Virus record (IMG/VR): IMGVR_UViG_3300027759_004177
Coordinates: 124,001 to 188,000 of that record
DNA: 64,000 nucleotides
Reading direction: 5' to 3' (one strand)
Of this stretch, positions 37,344 to 48,363 are shown piece after piece (within the stretch, counting starts at the first letter, position 1; each line of letters starts with the position of its first letter). The notes below the pieces were generated by a model that was not told where the DNA came from, searched no databases, and saw only the letters and a program-made list of their open reading frames with translations. The translations under genes and the position numbers were made by a program.

Positions 37344-37989
37344 TTTTTATACAATCCACCAGATACCGAACTAGTATTATAACATCTTCGCTGTAGTGAT
37401 GTCTAGCGTTGGCGGGTAAATCTAGATCTTTTTCAAAAGGTTTGCAACCATTTTGTTCTAGATATTCATTGCCAATAAACGAAAATGGAACAAATCCTGT
37501 TCCCAGATCTATGTTTTGATGGTGGCGCTCGCAAGTGTTAAAAATACAAAAGCCTATACCTTTGTTTTTTAAGTAACCCGAAAACATACGCAGATCCAAA
37601 TACAATTGATTTAAATACTGCATGCCAATGTCGTAACGATAACGATCCAGTATGTAATCACCAATCATTTTGTGTTCCACTGTGCTGTCAAAGTCATTGA
37701 CATCGCAAAAAGTGGCCTGCATGCCCTGGCGATTATAACTGACCCAATGTCCTTCTCTGGGTTTAGGTATGGTCAGAAACGGACTTTCTTGACGATCATA
37801 AAAGGTCAGGCCCAAGACAACAAAATCCACTGGATTTGTTTCTATGTAGTCCACAGTGGTGCGTATGATACGTCTATTACTGCTACCAGCTTTGGCTATG
37901 TTTACAGCTGAGCCGCCAAGTAGTTGACCAAACTGATTTTGATAGTGATAGCTGTCCATAAAACTACAGCCATTGATCAAAATGTTCAT
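37336..37989 (-). CDS. SGNH-hydrolase-like protein
   Basis: GCSF, NIAKAGSSN, C-terminal His. Confidence 0.7.
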   Translation of the reverse strand: MNILINGCSFMDSYHYQNQFGQLLGGSAVNIAKAGSSNRRIIRTTVDYIETNPVDFVVLGLTFYDRQESPFLTIPKPREGHWVSYNRQGMQATFCDVNDFDSTVEHKMIGDYILDRYRYDIGMQYLNQLYLDLRMFSGYLKNKGIGFCIFNTCERHHQNIDLGTGFVPFSFIGNEYLEQNGCKPFEKDLDLPANARHHYSEDVIILVRYLVDCIKNV

Positions 37990-38456
37990 AGCTCTTTCTT
38001 GATATCTTTGTCTGCCCAGCCCATGCCTTTGGCGTAGGCTTTAAGATCATCTTTGTCGTTGAGTTCACTCATTAGCTTGAGATCATCTTCTTTCAAATGC
38101 GGATACAGTTCACGCAAAAACTTGATACTCTTGTTGTCGTTTGTTTTCTTTTTTGGGGCAATCCATTGATGATACTGATTGCCCATGCCTGGACTTACAG
38201 TTGTGGCCAGCAACCATTGTAGTTTTTTGTGTTGTGCGGTGTTTACATCAAAGAAATGTTTGTTAAGACGCTCGTTACAACTCATCAAGTAGTAGGCCTG
38301 CAAGTCTGGGTTACCTGTCACAGTTGCGCCATAACGAATCATCAAGAACGGCGAAAACTTTTTCTTTTCTTCGTCAGTCAAACTGTCGTAGAAGTTCCTG
38401 TCCTTGCGATCAAATGCAGACATTTCACTTCGAATGCTTAACTTATCTTCACTCAT
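37986..38456 (-). CDS. Clamp-loader small subunit-like (T4 gp62-like)
   Basis: FSPFLMIRY, NERLN, KLQWLL, WI.PKKK. Confidence 0.6.
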   Translation of the reverse strand: MSEDKLSIRSEMSAFDRKDRNFYDSLTDEEKKKFSPFLMIRYGATVTGNPDLQAYYLMSCNERLNKHFFDVNTAQHKKLQWLLATTVSPGMGNQYHQWIAPKKKTNDNKSIKFLRELYPHLKEDDLKLMSELNDKDDLKAYAKGMGWADKDIKKEL

Positions 38457-38733
38457 CTTGGGCTTTTTGATTGTTGCGACGTTCTTGGATGGTTAACTTT
38501 TCTTCGCCTTTGGTACGTTTGTTGTGTCTTGGATTACCGCATAGGGTACAATGTGCTTGTCCGCAATCCATTGCATGATGTTTGGCTAACCTATGCGGTT
38601 GTGCTTCGTCAATACGTTTTGAAGCTTCGCCAAAATTCTTGTGTGCTTTGATAATGTTAAGTTGCTTTTTAATTGCAGTCCACGCACGATGCATACGATC
38701 GCCGTGTTTGATTTTATCTTCTTCTTTGCTCAT
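38449..38733 (-). CDS. Basic Cys/His protein
   Basis: HAMDCG..HCTLCGNPR; AAGGAG RBS. Confidence 0.7.
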   Translation of the reverse strand: MSKEEDKIKHGDRMHRAWTAIKKQLNIIKAHKNFGEASKRIDEAQPHRLAKHHAMDCGQAHCTLCGNPRHNKRTKGEEKLTIQERRNNQKAQDE

Positions 38734-38742
38734 ACTGTCTCC

Positions 38743-39018
38743 TTAAACTGGATGCCACCCAGGCGGATCTTCGCCTCTTTGTAATTCATATATAACTATA
38801 ACACGTTCTATAGCTTCTTGTAAAGCAGGATTTGTTTTGGCCGCATGATGTATCTGATCCCATAAAGTAACACGCTGGGCTCTTGCATCTTTCTCTAACC
38901 TATCATAAGTCCAACCAATGGCTATTCTATCACCAGGATGGGCACCCGATTCTCTAGCGTAAGTTACACCATCTGCATGTTCGTAAATGTATGTGGCACC
39001 TGGTTTGAGTCGGCCCAT
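38743..39018 (-). CDS. Hypothetical protein
   Basis: GATYIYE..DGVTYARE; NPALQEA. Confidence 0.7.
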   Translation of the reverse strand: MGRLKPGATYIYEHADGVTYARESGAHPGDRIAIGWTYDRLEKDARAQRVTLWDQIHHAAKTNPALQEAIERVIVIYELQRGEDPPGWHPV

Positions 39019-39019
39019 G

Positions 39020-39520
39020 TTACCATACTTTTCCGTAATCGACTACTTCACTTTGGCGGCTGATATCTTTGATAAAGAAAGCACACATGGGCTTTGGGCC
39101 TTCAGTCAAGGGAATAGCCAATAGTTGTCCAGGTTTGAGTTTGGGAAAATACCATTTGACGTCTTGATAAATGTCCACGATCTCTACAGGATGGAACTCG
39201 GGCATGTAACTGGTCAGGGGATTGAATGTAAACACGTTGAATCCGCGATCATTGATGCTGGTCAATGGTACAACTTCCAGGTCGCCAAAGTCGGGTTCGC
39301 CTATTAGGATTTGCCAATCCACCGGCATGCGAATAGTGTTGTTGCCGATGCGTAGTACTAGTGCAGGACTGTTAAACGATTCCAAAAAAATCAAAGGTAT
39401 ATAAAAGTAATCGGGATCTTTGGGATCACTGTTGTCCAGTACACAAAATCGTACTTCGTCTATCTCGTCTGGAATTGAATCCATTGAGTAACTGGTGTTG
39501 TCTAGGGTTAGTATTCTCAT
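39020..39520 (-). CDS. Conserved hypothetical protein, Hint-fold-like
   Basis: Start MRILTL at ATGA overlap with uvsW; all-beta pattern. Confidence 0.65.
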   Translation of the reverse strand: MRILTLDNTSYSMDSIPDEIDEVRFCVLDNSDPKDPDYFYIPLIFLESFNSPALVLRIGNNTIRMPVDWQILIGEPDFGDLEVVPLTSINDRGFNVFTFNPLTSYMPEFHPVEIVDIYQDVKWYFPKLKPGQLLAIPLTEGPKPMCAFFIKDISRQSEVVDYGKVW

Positions 39521-40974
39521 TGCCAATCGGCCTTCTCTAATGTAAATGGGTAGTTGGCTTCCTTGTAAAAAGCCTTGCGTCGTGTCAGGTGTCGCTTGGC
39601 AAATTTGCAAGTGCTGGTTATGTCCCAGATTTGGACGTGATCTTTGTCTTCCGCCTTGCGGATGCCACGACCGATCGACTGGATGACGCGAACAAAAGAC
39701 TTACCGGGCTCAATAAGCACAAGATTAAATATCCTAGGGATATTAATGCCCACAGCAGCAACACCATAGGTAGCCACAATAATCTTATCACTGCTAATCG
39801 CAACTTCATCATATTCATCTTTCCTGTCTTTGGCTTTGGTGGCCCCCGACACAAATACTGCACGATCGCCTAGTCGTTCCACCAGTAATTTACCAGTGGC
39901 AATGCGATCTACTAGAACTAGCGTATTGCCGGTGCCGTTTACCCGAGTGACTAAATCAGCGATATAATCCAATCTCTCGGATGTTTCTACTAGATATTTT
40001 AATTCTGTTTGATAATTTGTATACTCCACATGATCAACCAACTGTACTATATTTACATGACAGTTTGCAAGATGACCAGCTTCTTGAAGTTCACTTGCAC
40101 TGAGCTTGCCCACCACATTACCTAGGCTACAGAAAATACTGACCGCGGCATAGTCTTCCTTGGGTATAGTGCCGGTCAGTCCCCAGCGGATGGGCACATG
40201 ACTGAACACACCTGTAAGCAAGGTCTTCAATGCATCGGCCTTGGCCATGTGTACTTCGTCAACCATGATACATACCACATCTTCAATGAAGTCGCCGATG
40301 GTACATTCGGCTTCGTGATTCCGTGTGTTCTTTAATAAGATATTTAGACTTTGCCAAGTGCAAATGGTATGTGTCCGGCCAAATTCTTTACGGTCGCCAA
40401 AATACACACCCACATCTAGTCCTAGATTCCGATAATCATCTTCGGTCTGTGTGACCAAGCTCTTGTTAGGAACAATAATGATGCTACGTCCATAGGGCTC
40501 TATGCTCTTACTTAGGGCCGCAGTCATGATAGTTTTACCTGCTCCGGTGGCAATTTCTTGTATGCTTTGTGGATTGGTTAAAAAGTTATTCAAGATTTCT
40601 ACTTGATAGTCACGCAACATAATGGGTTCACCGGCTCTAGGGTGTCCCGCAGGCCATGCTGTGCCGGCAAAGGTATCTTCTGCAATTTGATCAAATGCAA
40701 ATGAAGTTGAATATTCTCTAGTGTCTTCTACTTCAATATCGTAGCCTTGCTCTTCCAAGTAAGGCAAAATTTCTGGCAATAGATTAATATAAGTGCTACC
40801 GCCCAGCTGAAAAAACGCAACCTTGCCATCCCAGCGGCCAAGACGAACACTGGGTTGATACCTTGCCCCGGGAATTTCATATTTGAATTTATTAACGAGA
40901 TTTTTACGTGTGGTCAAATCCAGTCCTTCTATTTTGACATTGACTTCATCACGTATAATTAGTTTAGCTTGCAA
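39517..40974 (-). CDS. uvsW: UvsW-like SF2 helicase
   Basis: LRDYQ, ATGAGKT, DEVH, GLTGT, QSIGRGIR. Confidence 0.92.
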   Translation of the reverse strand: MQAKLIIRDEVNVKIEGLDLTTRKNLVNKFKYEIPGARYQPSVRLGRWDGKVAFFQLGGSTYINLLPEILPYLEEQGYDIEVEDTREYSTSFAFDQIAEDTFAGTAWPAGHPRAGEPIMLRDYQVEILNNFLTNPQSIQEIATGAGKTIMTAALSKSIEPYGRSIIIVPNKSLVTQTEDDYRNLGLDVGVYFGDRKEFGRTHTICTWQSLNILLKNTRNHEAECTIGDFIEDVVCIMVDEVHMAKADALKTLLTGVFSHVPIRWGLTGTIPKEDYAAVSIFCSLGNVVGKLSASELQEAGHLANCHVNIVQLVDHVEYTNYQTELKYLVETSERLDYIADLVTRVNGTGNTLVLVDRIATGKLLVERLGDRAVFVSGATKAKDRKDEYDEVAISSDKIIVATYGVAAVGINIPRIFNLVLIEPGKSFVRVIQSIGRGIRKAEDKDHVQIWDITSTCKFAKRHLTRRKAFYKEANYPFTLEKADWQ

Positions 40975-42149
40975 ACTTCTGGTCCTTTAGTGTTTTTATT
41001 ATACACATCTTTAGTGAAGTACACAACCTTTTCGGCGGCCTGTATCCACATCTGTCTGTCGCCACCATACAGCATACCAGCACCGCTGACCATGAGTGGA
41101 ATACGTTCAACTGGTTGTTTGGGTATTTTACTGGTATAGACGATTTTGGTATTGCTGTCAATGATATTGTTTGCACTCTTGTTGGTAAAATTAACTATTT
41201 GGTCAGGAAAGAACTTTGTGAATTCCGCTAACAGTCTACCACTCAGGTCAGGTTCATACACAAATATAGGAAATCTACAGGTAAGTTCTGCATAATCAAT
41301 CAAGTCTTTGATCAAGTTACCAGAAGTACCGGTATCCACTTTGAGCTGACGGTTAGCACACAGACTCCAAAATCTGGTATTAAAGTTTCTAATTACATCT
41401 GTTTCTATGTCTTTGTGTACCGAATATCCCAGCACAGGAGCATGGTCGCACAAGGTAAGAATGTTGCTTAACGCAAATCCACCCAAGGAATCGGTCACAT
41501 AATCTATCAAACTTGCTTCGGCATTGGCCACAGTTAGTCCTTGATTGGCATACTGCAATTCAATCTTGAAGTCTGTTTGTTCTGTTGCCAATACCAATTT
41601 CATCAGATCTTTGACGCTGACGTCAATGTTAAAATTGTGTTGTTGGGCAAATGCATGAATCCAGTTCAAATTCCATTCAGTCAGTGCGGCTTCGTGTATT
41701 CTAGTGTCTCGATTGTATTTAAACGACCCTTTGCTTTCTTTGGTGGCTGTTCTTACTGTGTCTATCAATTCTGGATCGTAAGGAAATTTAAGTTTGATTG
41801 TGTCGGTTTCAACCCAGACTCGAGTACTGCGGTCAATTTCTCTGATGGGCAATCGGTATTGAGGTGTGCGGACCGGCTCTACATCAATGCCAAGTTTAAA
41901 TAATTGTCGTTCGTATTTTAGCACCAAATCCGCGGCCAACCGGGCCTGCTTGTCAGTGTAGCCCTTGTTTTGTCCCAGTGTCTGTTCAGCCAAGCTGGGT
42001 ACAATTTTCATATCGTATCTGGCCAGGCTAATCGGACTTTCGCTCACTGTGAAAATACTGTAGTTGCTTTTACCGTCGGGCTTGCGATAACCGGCAATGA
42101 TTTCAATGTAGTCTTCCACGTGAGGATGTTTAAATAATGTCAGTGCCAT
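40959..42149 (-). CDS. Hypothetical protein (start MALTLF)
   Basis: TTGATT-N17-TACAAT promoter (42156-42184) 6 nt upstream; HARP-like LKFPYD..LID segment. Confidence 0.7.
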   Translation of the reverse strand: MALTLFKHPHVEDYIEIIAGYRKPDGKSNYSIFTVSESPISLARYDMKIVPSLAEQTLGQNKGYTDKQARLAADLVLKYERQLFKLGIDVEPVRTPQYRLPIREIDRSTRVWVETDTIKLKFPYDPELIDTVRTATKESKGSFKYNRDTRIHEAALTEWNLNWIHAFAQQHNFNIDVSVKDLMKLVLATEQTDFKIELQYANQGLTVANAEASLIDYVTDSLGGFALSNILTLCDHAPVLGYSVHKDIETDVIRNFNTRFWSLCANRQLKVDTGTSGNLIKDLIDYAELTCRFPIFVYEPDLSGRLLAEFTKFFPDQIVNFTNKSANNIIDSNTKIVYTSKIPKQPVERIPLMVSGAGMLYGGDRQMWIQAAEKVVYFTKDVYNKNTKGPEVCKLN

Positions 42150-42185
42150 GTTGCTATTGTAACATATATTTACAGCAAAATCAAA

Positions 42186-42219
42186 TAAAAAAATCCCCGA
42201 GCGATTAAACCCGGGGATT
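42186..42219 (-). terminator. Rho-independent terminator of the AAA+ ATPase transcript
   Basis: aatccccggg...ctcggggatt plus T-run. Confidence 0.85.
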
Positions 42220-42225
42220 GTCAAA

Positions 42226-42277
42226 CCATAACTCAGGAGCTAAAAAGAGTCATGGGCCACAGTCTAGGTGACTGTGG
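42226..42277 (-). ncRNA. Structured 3'-UTR element with anti-Shine-Dalgarno loop
   Basis: Hairpins ccacagtc/gactgtgg and ccatgactc/gagttatgg, the latter with loop UUUUUAGCUCCU. Confidence 0.55.
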
Positions 42278-42284
42278 AAACCGT

Positions 42285-43331
42285 TTATGCTGCGGCCTTC
42301 ATACAAGTTACTTCGGCCATGGCCTTCCATTTGAGTGGGAAACTCTTACGCAAGTCTGCAATCTTGATAGCCATACGCAGGCTCATTTCGCGGAACTTGT
42401 TCTTGTTGGACTCAAGGAACTCAATGATTTCATCTTGTTCACATTGAGCAAAATCGTACTCTGCAAACAACTCACCATCTTTGGCAATCTGCTTGATACG
42501 GAGTACCTTGTCACGCATGGTGTCAAGAGTCAAGTCAAGATAGTGACAACGACTTTGTAATGCATCCAAGTGATCACGCAACTTCTGGCTTTTCATTTGA
42601 TCAAACTTGAGGTTGGTGATAAACACCACAGAGCCATTGAAGTTGAAGCTGTCTGGAATGCCTTCGCGACGCAACAAACTGCTATCACTCAACCACGAAA
42701 TCTTACGCTTCTTACCCGAGTCCAAGGCGCCTTTGAGCAGGTTCAAGGCCACGTCATCCAGCAAGATACTGTCACAGTCATCAAACACCAACATACAGTT
42801 GGCATCTGAATACTTGTAGAGTGTACTGTACAAACCTAGGGCAGTGGCTGAACCTTTGACAACTTCGGCACGGAGACGCTTGCCTGAGATCTGATCAAAC
42901 AAACAGGCCTTTTCAACGATGCGTTCTACACCAAACGATTTACCAACGCCCGGAGGACCTGATACGATCATGGCACGGATCTCGCCATTGGTGGCGGCCG
43001 TGGTCATTTCATCCAATATTTCAAAACGCTGACGGATACGCTCAATCACTTGTTCGTCACTTTCGGCTGCTGTTTCAAGTGCAATGGCTTCAGCCACAGG
43101 AGTGTTACCAGCTTCAACAAAATCTGCTTCTGTTACAAAATCGTAGTCACTCATGCCATCAACCTTGACACGGATTTCTTCTGGAAAGCCAGGAAACCGG
43201 CCACCATTTTTGACAGTGACATAGCCACCTTTGGCTGTATTTTTATATTGTTCTACCAATTGGAATACCTGACCGCTCACATCTGTTGTGCGATATGCGC
43301 CAGATTTAATGCGAATAAATGATACTGACAT
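42285..43331 (-). CDS. AAA+/P-loop ATPase (early)
   Basis: GPPGVGKS, VFDDCD, FITN, ALQSRC; AAGGAGCTAA RBS; start MSVSF. Confidence 0.85.
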   Translation of the reverse strand: MSVSFIRIKSGAYRTTDVSGQVFQLVEQYKNTAKGGYVTVKNGGRFPGFPEEIRVKVDGMSDYDFVTEADFVEAGNTPVAEAIALETAAESDEQVIERIRQRFEILDEMTTAATNGEIRAMIVSGPPGVGKSFGVERIVEKACLFDQISGKRLRAEVVKGSATALGLYSTLYKYSDANCMLVFDDCDSILLDDVALNLLKGALDSGKKRKISWLSDSSLLRREGIPDSFNFNGSVVFITNLKFDQMKSQKLRDHLDALQSRCHYLDLTLDTMRDKVLRIKQIAKDGELFAEYDFAQCEQDEIIEFLESNKNKFREMSLRMAIKIADLRKSFPLKWKAMAEVTCMKAAA

Positions 43332-43362
43332 ACTTAGCTCCTTCTTTATTAACAATACAACT

Positions 43363-43391
43363 ATTATACATTAATGGGAATTATTGGTCAA
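43363..43391 (-). promoter_or_regulatory. sigma70-type early promoter
   Basis: TTGACC-N17-TATAAT. Confidence 0.88.
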
Positions 43392-43579
43392 CTGTTTACA
43401 GTAGCATAAGGGCTGTATTGTTCCGTGTTGTCTTTATGCAACACTATATTTGTACGGTTAGTGACCACTAACTTAGCCTCAGAATATTCCGTTTCCATAC
43501 AGTTGATCCAATCAATGTATTCTGATTCAAAAGGAAATGCCTGTTCGTATTCGTTGATAATCATGTCTTTGAGTTTCAT
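43388..43579 (-). CDS. Hypothetical protein
   Basis: ATGA-coupled ORF. Confidence 0.6.
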   Translation of the reverse strand: MKLKDMIINEYEQAFPFESEYIDWINCMETEYSEAKLVVTNRTNIVLHKDNTEQYSPYATVNS

Positions 43580-43797
43580 AATAGTTTTATTGTTAATCCA
43601 ATTGAGTAAATCATTAATAATCCAAGATTAACTGTGATCATTGCACGGTCACGAATCAATATGGCCCATATTAAAAATATGAAACTGCCTGCATTTAATA
43701 CAATGGCCGAATATGGATATATTCCCAAACTGGCCAATACTGCACCCGATAATGTCACTGCGGTGGCAGTCCATTTTATTATATTAACGGTGTTCAT
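43576..43797 (-). CDS. Small three-TM membrane protein
   Basis: IKW.AT, IYPY, hydrophobic helices. Confidence 0.7.
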   Translation of the reverse strand: MNTVNIIKWTATAVTLSGAVLASLGIYPYSAIVLNAGSFIFLIWAILIRDRAMITVNLGLLMIYSIGLTIKLL

Positions 43798-44261
43798 TAA
43801 TTAAAATATTGAAAGTACGTTTTTTCTGCTTCGATACGTCTTTTTTCAATTTGTTGAATTAATAATAGACTTGAATACAACTGAGTATTATCCACTCCAT
43901 GCTCTTTGTATCCTTCCATTAACATTTCTAAATATCCATCGCTGGGATATTCGTCGGGTAAATCTCCGGTCATATAATATGTCATACATTCCACTGATTT
44001 ACCATTATGTAATACACGAACCGTCTTCTTTAGATAATATGCAGGATAACCCTCTAGGGCATCTAATGCCAGTTCGCAATCAGCAGTAATTTCCCATAAT
44101 ACTCCCTGAGTAACAAACTCAGGATCAGTAATTATGTCCGCATGACGTGCAAAACGGAATTCATGTCCCATTAATGTGGCTCGGCCCAAACTCTGAGCTT
44201 TGGGGCAACGACTAGCCATTTGGGAGGTGTTGGTATTCATACCATATGCGAAATATTTCAT
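43797..44261 (-). CDS. Gamma-glutamylcyclotransferase (AIG2-like)
   Basis: YFAYGMN, M..RCP, GVLWEI, LDALEGYP..Y, PS..YL. Confidence 0.88.
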   Translation of the reverse strand: MKYFAYGMNTNTSQMASRCPKAQSLGRATLMGHEFRFARHADIITDPEFVTQGVLWEITADCELALDALEGYPAYYLKKTVRVLHNGKSVECMTYYMTGDLPDEYPSDGYLEMLMEGYKEHGVDNTQLYSSLLLIQQIEKRRIEAEKTYFQYFN

Positions 44262-44267
44262 AATACA

Positions 44268-44296
44268 ATTATATATTAAAAGGATTTATTGGTCAA
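44268..44296 (-). promoter_or_regulatory. sigma70-type promoter giving a near-leaderless mRNA
   Basis: TTGACC-N17-TATAAT, 6 nt before the ATG. Confidence 0.85.
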
Positions 44297-44297
44297 C

Positions 44298-44320
44298 AAA
44301 AAACCCGCTGTAGCGGGTTT
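44298..44320 (-). terminator. Terminator after groEL
   Basis: aaacccgc-taca-gcgggtttttt. Confidence 0.85.
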
Positions 44321-44339
44321 GATGTTAGTACACACTAAC

Positions 44340-45962
<1,623 letters not shown>

Positions 45963-46262
45963 TTATTCTCCTTGAATAACAGCGAGGATATCTTCCTCTT
46001 TTAAAATTAATAGTTCTTCTCCGTCGACTTTGACAGTCTGTCCAGAAAATTTACCAAATAAGACTCGATCTTCGACAGCGACACCAAGTGCAGAAATCTC
46101 ACCTGTGGTTGCATTGCGTTTACCTGGTCCAACAGCAAGTACTCGTCCTTGATCGGCTTTCTCTGTGGCTGCATCAGGAATAAAGATGCCGCCCTTGGTT
46201 ACAGTTTCACTGTCAACACGGCGAACTACGACCCTATCAGATAGCGGTTTTAGATTCATCAT
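45963..46262 (-). CDS. groES: Co-chaperonin GroES
   Basis: [23 protein letters not shown]; AAGGAG RBS; promoter TTGACA-N17-TACAAT at 46300-46328. Confidence 0.96.
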   Translation of the reverse strand: MMNLKPLSDRVVVRRVDSETVTKGGIFIPDAATEKADQGRVLAVGPGKRNATTGEISALGVAVEDRVLFGKFSGQTVKVDGEELLILKEEDILAVIQGE

Positions 46263-46353
46263 AATCTCCTTTAAATGAAATGATATAAAATAGTTTTTTA
46301 TTGTACTACAAGATTGTGGCATTGTCAACAACTACCACAAATTTATTTATACT

Positions 46354-47115
46354 TCAAAAATACTGGGCATTGGCTCTTGGGAAGAAACATTCGTTATTTT
46401 GTAGTGGTTTAATTTTGATAGTTTCTAGTACAGTTTGCTTGCCCAGGCCCATGGCCAGGCTGTAAACAAAGTTTTGGTTGGCCATAATTAGGTTAGCACC
46501 AGCCACAATGTTGGCCAGTTCTAAAAAGTTATTGACTGGATGATATGGGATGGCAACTCCGGTTACCTGTACAAAATCCGCATGCTCTTCTTTGGTTCCT
46601 ACAAAAATACCCAGCCGATCTAACACACCATCTTCGGCCATTTTTTTCCATGTAGCATCAGCGGCAGGGTCACGATAACGGAATGTACGGCTTACTACCA
46701 TGGGTTTGGTTGTGACTGGATCTGCTTCTAGCCAAGGAGTATCATAATCTGCCAGGGTAAATGGCAAACCAAATGCTATGTGATATGCTTGTACATAGTT
46801 ACCTTCAAACCCACGGAACAAGGTACCACGGAACCGATCTAGGTCCACCGCAGGTTCAGCATCGCCTTGGCGCCAGGTACCCACTGATTCGATATAACTC
46901 TGACGCTTGAGCAGGGGCTTTAACCATTCAAAGTCTTGTTCGGTAAAGCGACCCTTGTGTGCAGGATCTACTTCGTCGGGTCTATATCCATATTGGCTTA
47001 CGCAATTTTCAATGTTGTTTAAGGCAACTAAAAATTGCCCCGATTCCATTTTTTTTACCACGCTTAGGCTGTAGATAAGGTCGCCTAGTGTACCTGAATG
47101 TCTGTATGTTTTCAT
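46354..47115 (-). CDS. GT9-like glycosyltransferase
   Basis: SGTLGDLIY, FVG..EE, LELA..VAGA..I.ANQ. Confidence 0.65.
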   Translation of the reverse strand: MKTYRHSGTLGDLIYSLSVVKKMESGQFLVALNNIENCVSQYGYRPDEVDPAHKGRFTEQDFEWLKPLLKRQSYIESVGTWRQGDAEPAVDLDRFRGTLFRGFEGNYVQAYHIAFGLPFTLADYDTPWLEADPVTTKPMVVSRTFRYRDPAADATWKKMAEDGVLDRLGIFVGTKEEHADFVQVTGVAIPYHPVNNFLELANIVAGANLIMANQNFVYSLAMGLGKQTVLETIKIKPLQNNECFFPRANAQYF

Positions 47116-48002
47116 AATTGTCCTAAAATAGCTGTAGCAATTTTTTCTGTGTCAAAGTTGTTGTTACAAGGTGTCTCACCTTTTTTACATACTAATTGGC
47201 GTACAGGACGGGCCTGGTCCCGATTACACCCGCGACAATCTTCCATGGTTGTAATGGCTGTAGAATTATAGGCAGGTTCAAAACGTCGGTATGGCATAAT
47301 ACATTCAGGATCCAAGTGTGTCAGCAAAGCGACAATATGAGTGCTACTTGCGGCAGCACATTGAAATGGCCCTGAATCTATGCCAACAAAACATTGTGCA
47401 TGATCGCACAGATATTTCATTTGTTGACTATTGTATTTTGCACGGAGATCAACAAACAGCGGATGATCAATGTAGTGATCTGTCGCCCCACCTACGCATA
47501 CCACTTTGAAATCTGTGCGGGATTCAAACAATTGAGCATATACATCAAGCCATATATCCAAGGTAATGTTTTTGGCAGTCCAATGCCAGTTACGCATGTG
47601 AACCACAATGAACCGGTCTCCTATGTCTGTCAAGTCTGCGTCTACCGCTTGTTTATCTTCATCAGTGGGAAATAACTCTACCGCCATGTTTTTAGTTGTG
47701 TCCGCAAACACACGATAAAAGTAATTTTTTACATAGTGTTCTGTGGGATTGAGCTCGTAGGCATCATCAAGGTTGTAGTACAAGTCCCATCGACCTTTGA
47801 CATCAGGAACTTGATCAACTGGGAACACATTGCGAACGTGCGGATTGTTGCGGTAAGGTTCTGCAAAGTCTGTGGCTATGTCAATGTTGGCATCGGCGCC
47901 ATATCGACGTTTGAGTTCACGTACAACGCCTGTGGTCATGATGACATCGCCAATGGCGGCACGTCTCTGTACTAGGATGTTTATTGGTTTTTCAATCTTC
48001 AC
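47112..48002 (-). CDS. GT9 (heptosyltransferase-like) glycosyltransferase
   Basis: AIGDVIM, NNPHV, FVGIDSGP, C..C...C C-terminus. Confidence 0.85.
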   Translation of the reverse strand: MKIEKPINILVQRRAAIGDVIMTTGVVRELKRRYGADANIDIATDFAEPYRNNPHVRNVFPVDQVPDVKGRWDLYYNLDDAYELNPTEHYVKNYFYRVFADTTKNMAVELFPTDEDKQAVDADLTDIGDRFIVVHMRNWHWTAKNITLDIWLDVYAQLFESRTDFKVVCVGGATDHYIDHPLFVDLRAKYNSQQMKYLCDHAQCFVGIDSGPFQCAAASSTHIVALLTHLDPECIMPYRRFEPAYNSTAITTMEDCRGCNRDQARPVRQLVCKKGETPCNNNFDTEKIATAILGQL

Positions 48003-48363
48003 TGGTATGGTCTTGTTTGATTTCTCGAACAGGGTCGTTGAGCTTGTCTGCTATTGAATTTTTGTATTGCACTCTATAATTGTTTAGGTCTCTTATGTCT
48101 AATGCACGTTTCCCAATTTCTGCTAGATCAGCACCGTCAATACGACATTTTTTAAAATCATCTTCCATGGCCCAAATACGTCGATGTATATCTTCTAATG
48201 CCGATAGCTCTGCTTGTATCAACTGTACATCCAATTTGGCTATTTGTGCAGAGTAGAAATCCAATTCAGCTGTGTTGGAGCCACGGGTTTTGTCGTATTT
48301 TACACGAGCTATGGTATATCTGTCAACCAGCTCGATCACAGGAAAACTAAACTCAGTCGTCAT
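47992..48363 (-). CDS. Helical hypothetical protein of glycan loci
   Basis: ELVDRYTI, IW.MED, LNNYR..K..I. Confidence 0.65.
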   Translation of the reverse strand: MTTEFSFPVIELVDRYTIARVKYDKTRGSNTAELDFYSAQIAKLDVQLIQAELSALEDIHRRIWAMEDDFKKCRIDGADLAEIGKRALDIRDLNNYRVQYKNSIADKLNDPVREIKQDHTSED

